Shown in pieces: positions 63,391-64,000 of a DNA stretch of 64,000 nucleotides (its first letter is position 1; each line of letters begins with the position of its first letter). A program made the position numbers and the translations under genes. The notes beneath the pieces were generated by a model that was not told the DNA's origin, did no database searches, and saw nothing but the letters and a program-made list of their open reading frames with translations. The stretch is from NCBI GenBank assembly GCA_965649825.1, contig OZ287698.1:75849-139848 (forward strand), in the 5' to 3' direction. This DNA comes from Penicillus capitatus. Taxonomy: Eukaryota; Plantae; Chlorophyta.

Positions 63391-64000
63391 GGCAGTCGGC
63401 GCGGCCTGGAGGTGGTCGACGGATGCCCCGCGGCGTTCTGCGCGTAGATACGAGACGCGCAAGACCAGAACCAATTGATTAATATTCATTGTCCTGTTCA
63501 CAAATCTATGCTCATCCACAGTTACTATCCACATGCTTCCCTGCGCACTCCGATCGGTAACTCTAATCGGCCAGCCAAACCACTGGAAAGCATGTCTTGT
63601 TCCGTCGCTTGGATACCAGTGACAAGGAAGAATCTGATTATCACGATCCTCGTCTGCAGATGTGCAGATTCCAGCGCATCTTCTCCCGTGTCCACGGTTC
63701 GCCGACGCTTTTGCATGGTTGTCGGTCTTCAGTTCGACGATGGATGGCGCATTTTTCGCCAGACGGAGCAATCACCTCGCGCGGTACGTCATCCTCTGTC
63801 ACCGCATGGTGTGTCCGTTCAGGCGTCCCATCGTCGGCCCCTTGGCTGGAGTTCCCCTGGCATGTCCGCGACGACACGTCAGCGCCACGCGACCTCCACT
63901 GCGCATCCACGACTGCGCATGGAGTCGCCAGACTGCGACACCTCAGCCAGGCCGACGCGACCCCGCAAGACAGCACTACCGGCTGATGCGACCCGCGACA

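Noticed and set aside
1-64000. TAA/TAG-to-Gln code as in some ulvophytes
   Set aside because: TAA/TAG fall at expected C-termini (ABCF4 12114, ClpR1, PPIH, pelota), and in-frame stops inside ORFs are explained by introns.
63390-64000. Possible continuation of the LINE or a new element
   Set aside because: The frame upstream of MDPILE does not give the expected QGSPLSP motif, there is no TSD, and the ORFs are uninformative at the window edge.

Overview
Gene-dense eukaryotic nuclear DNA, most likely from a green alga. This is inferred from the green-lineage ClpR1 and RbcX-II genes and TGTAA-type poly(A) signals; a siphonous ulvophyte is only a guess. Introns are short (about 43-70 nt) with relaxed GT or GC donors, and the code is standard. 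Positions 1-45 kb are a tightly packed housekeeping block: FAD oxidoreductase, TWD40-2, ATAD1/Msp1, ABCF4, F-box/JmjC, ClpR1, RbcX, alpha/beta hydrolase, a nuclear F1-alpha paralogue lacking its P-loop, DUF789, an SLC35C2-like transporter, pelota, NAD kinase, DDM1, phytochelatin synthase, GID4, cyclophilin H and ECO1. Positions 45.7-63.4 kb are an accessory island. It holds a tandem family of intronless surface proteins (signal peptide, 20-Cys ectodomain, 3 TM helices; 4 intact and 2 decayed copies) that I cannot assign to a known family. These are followed by a ~1824-aa NACHT protein with 17 recombining 37-aa HEAT-like repeats and a 5'-truncated LINE whose poly(A) lies 25 nt after the NACHT stop. 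The island looks like a candidate non-self recognition or immune locus under birth-and-death evolution. Gene boundaries were read by eye from the ORF track plus splice sites and are approximate where stated.
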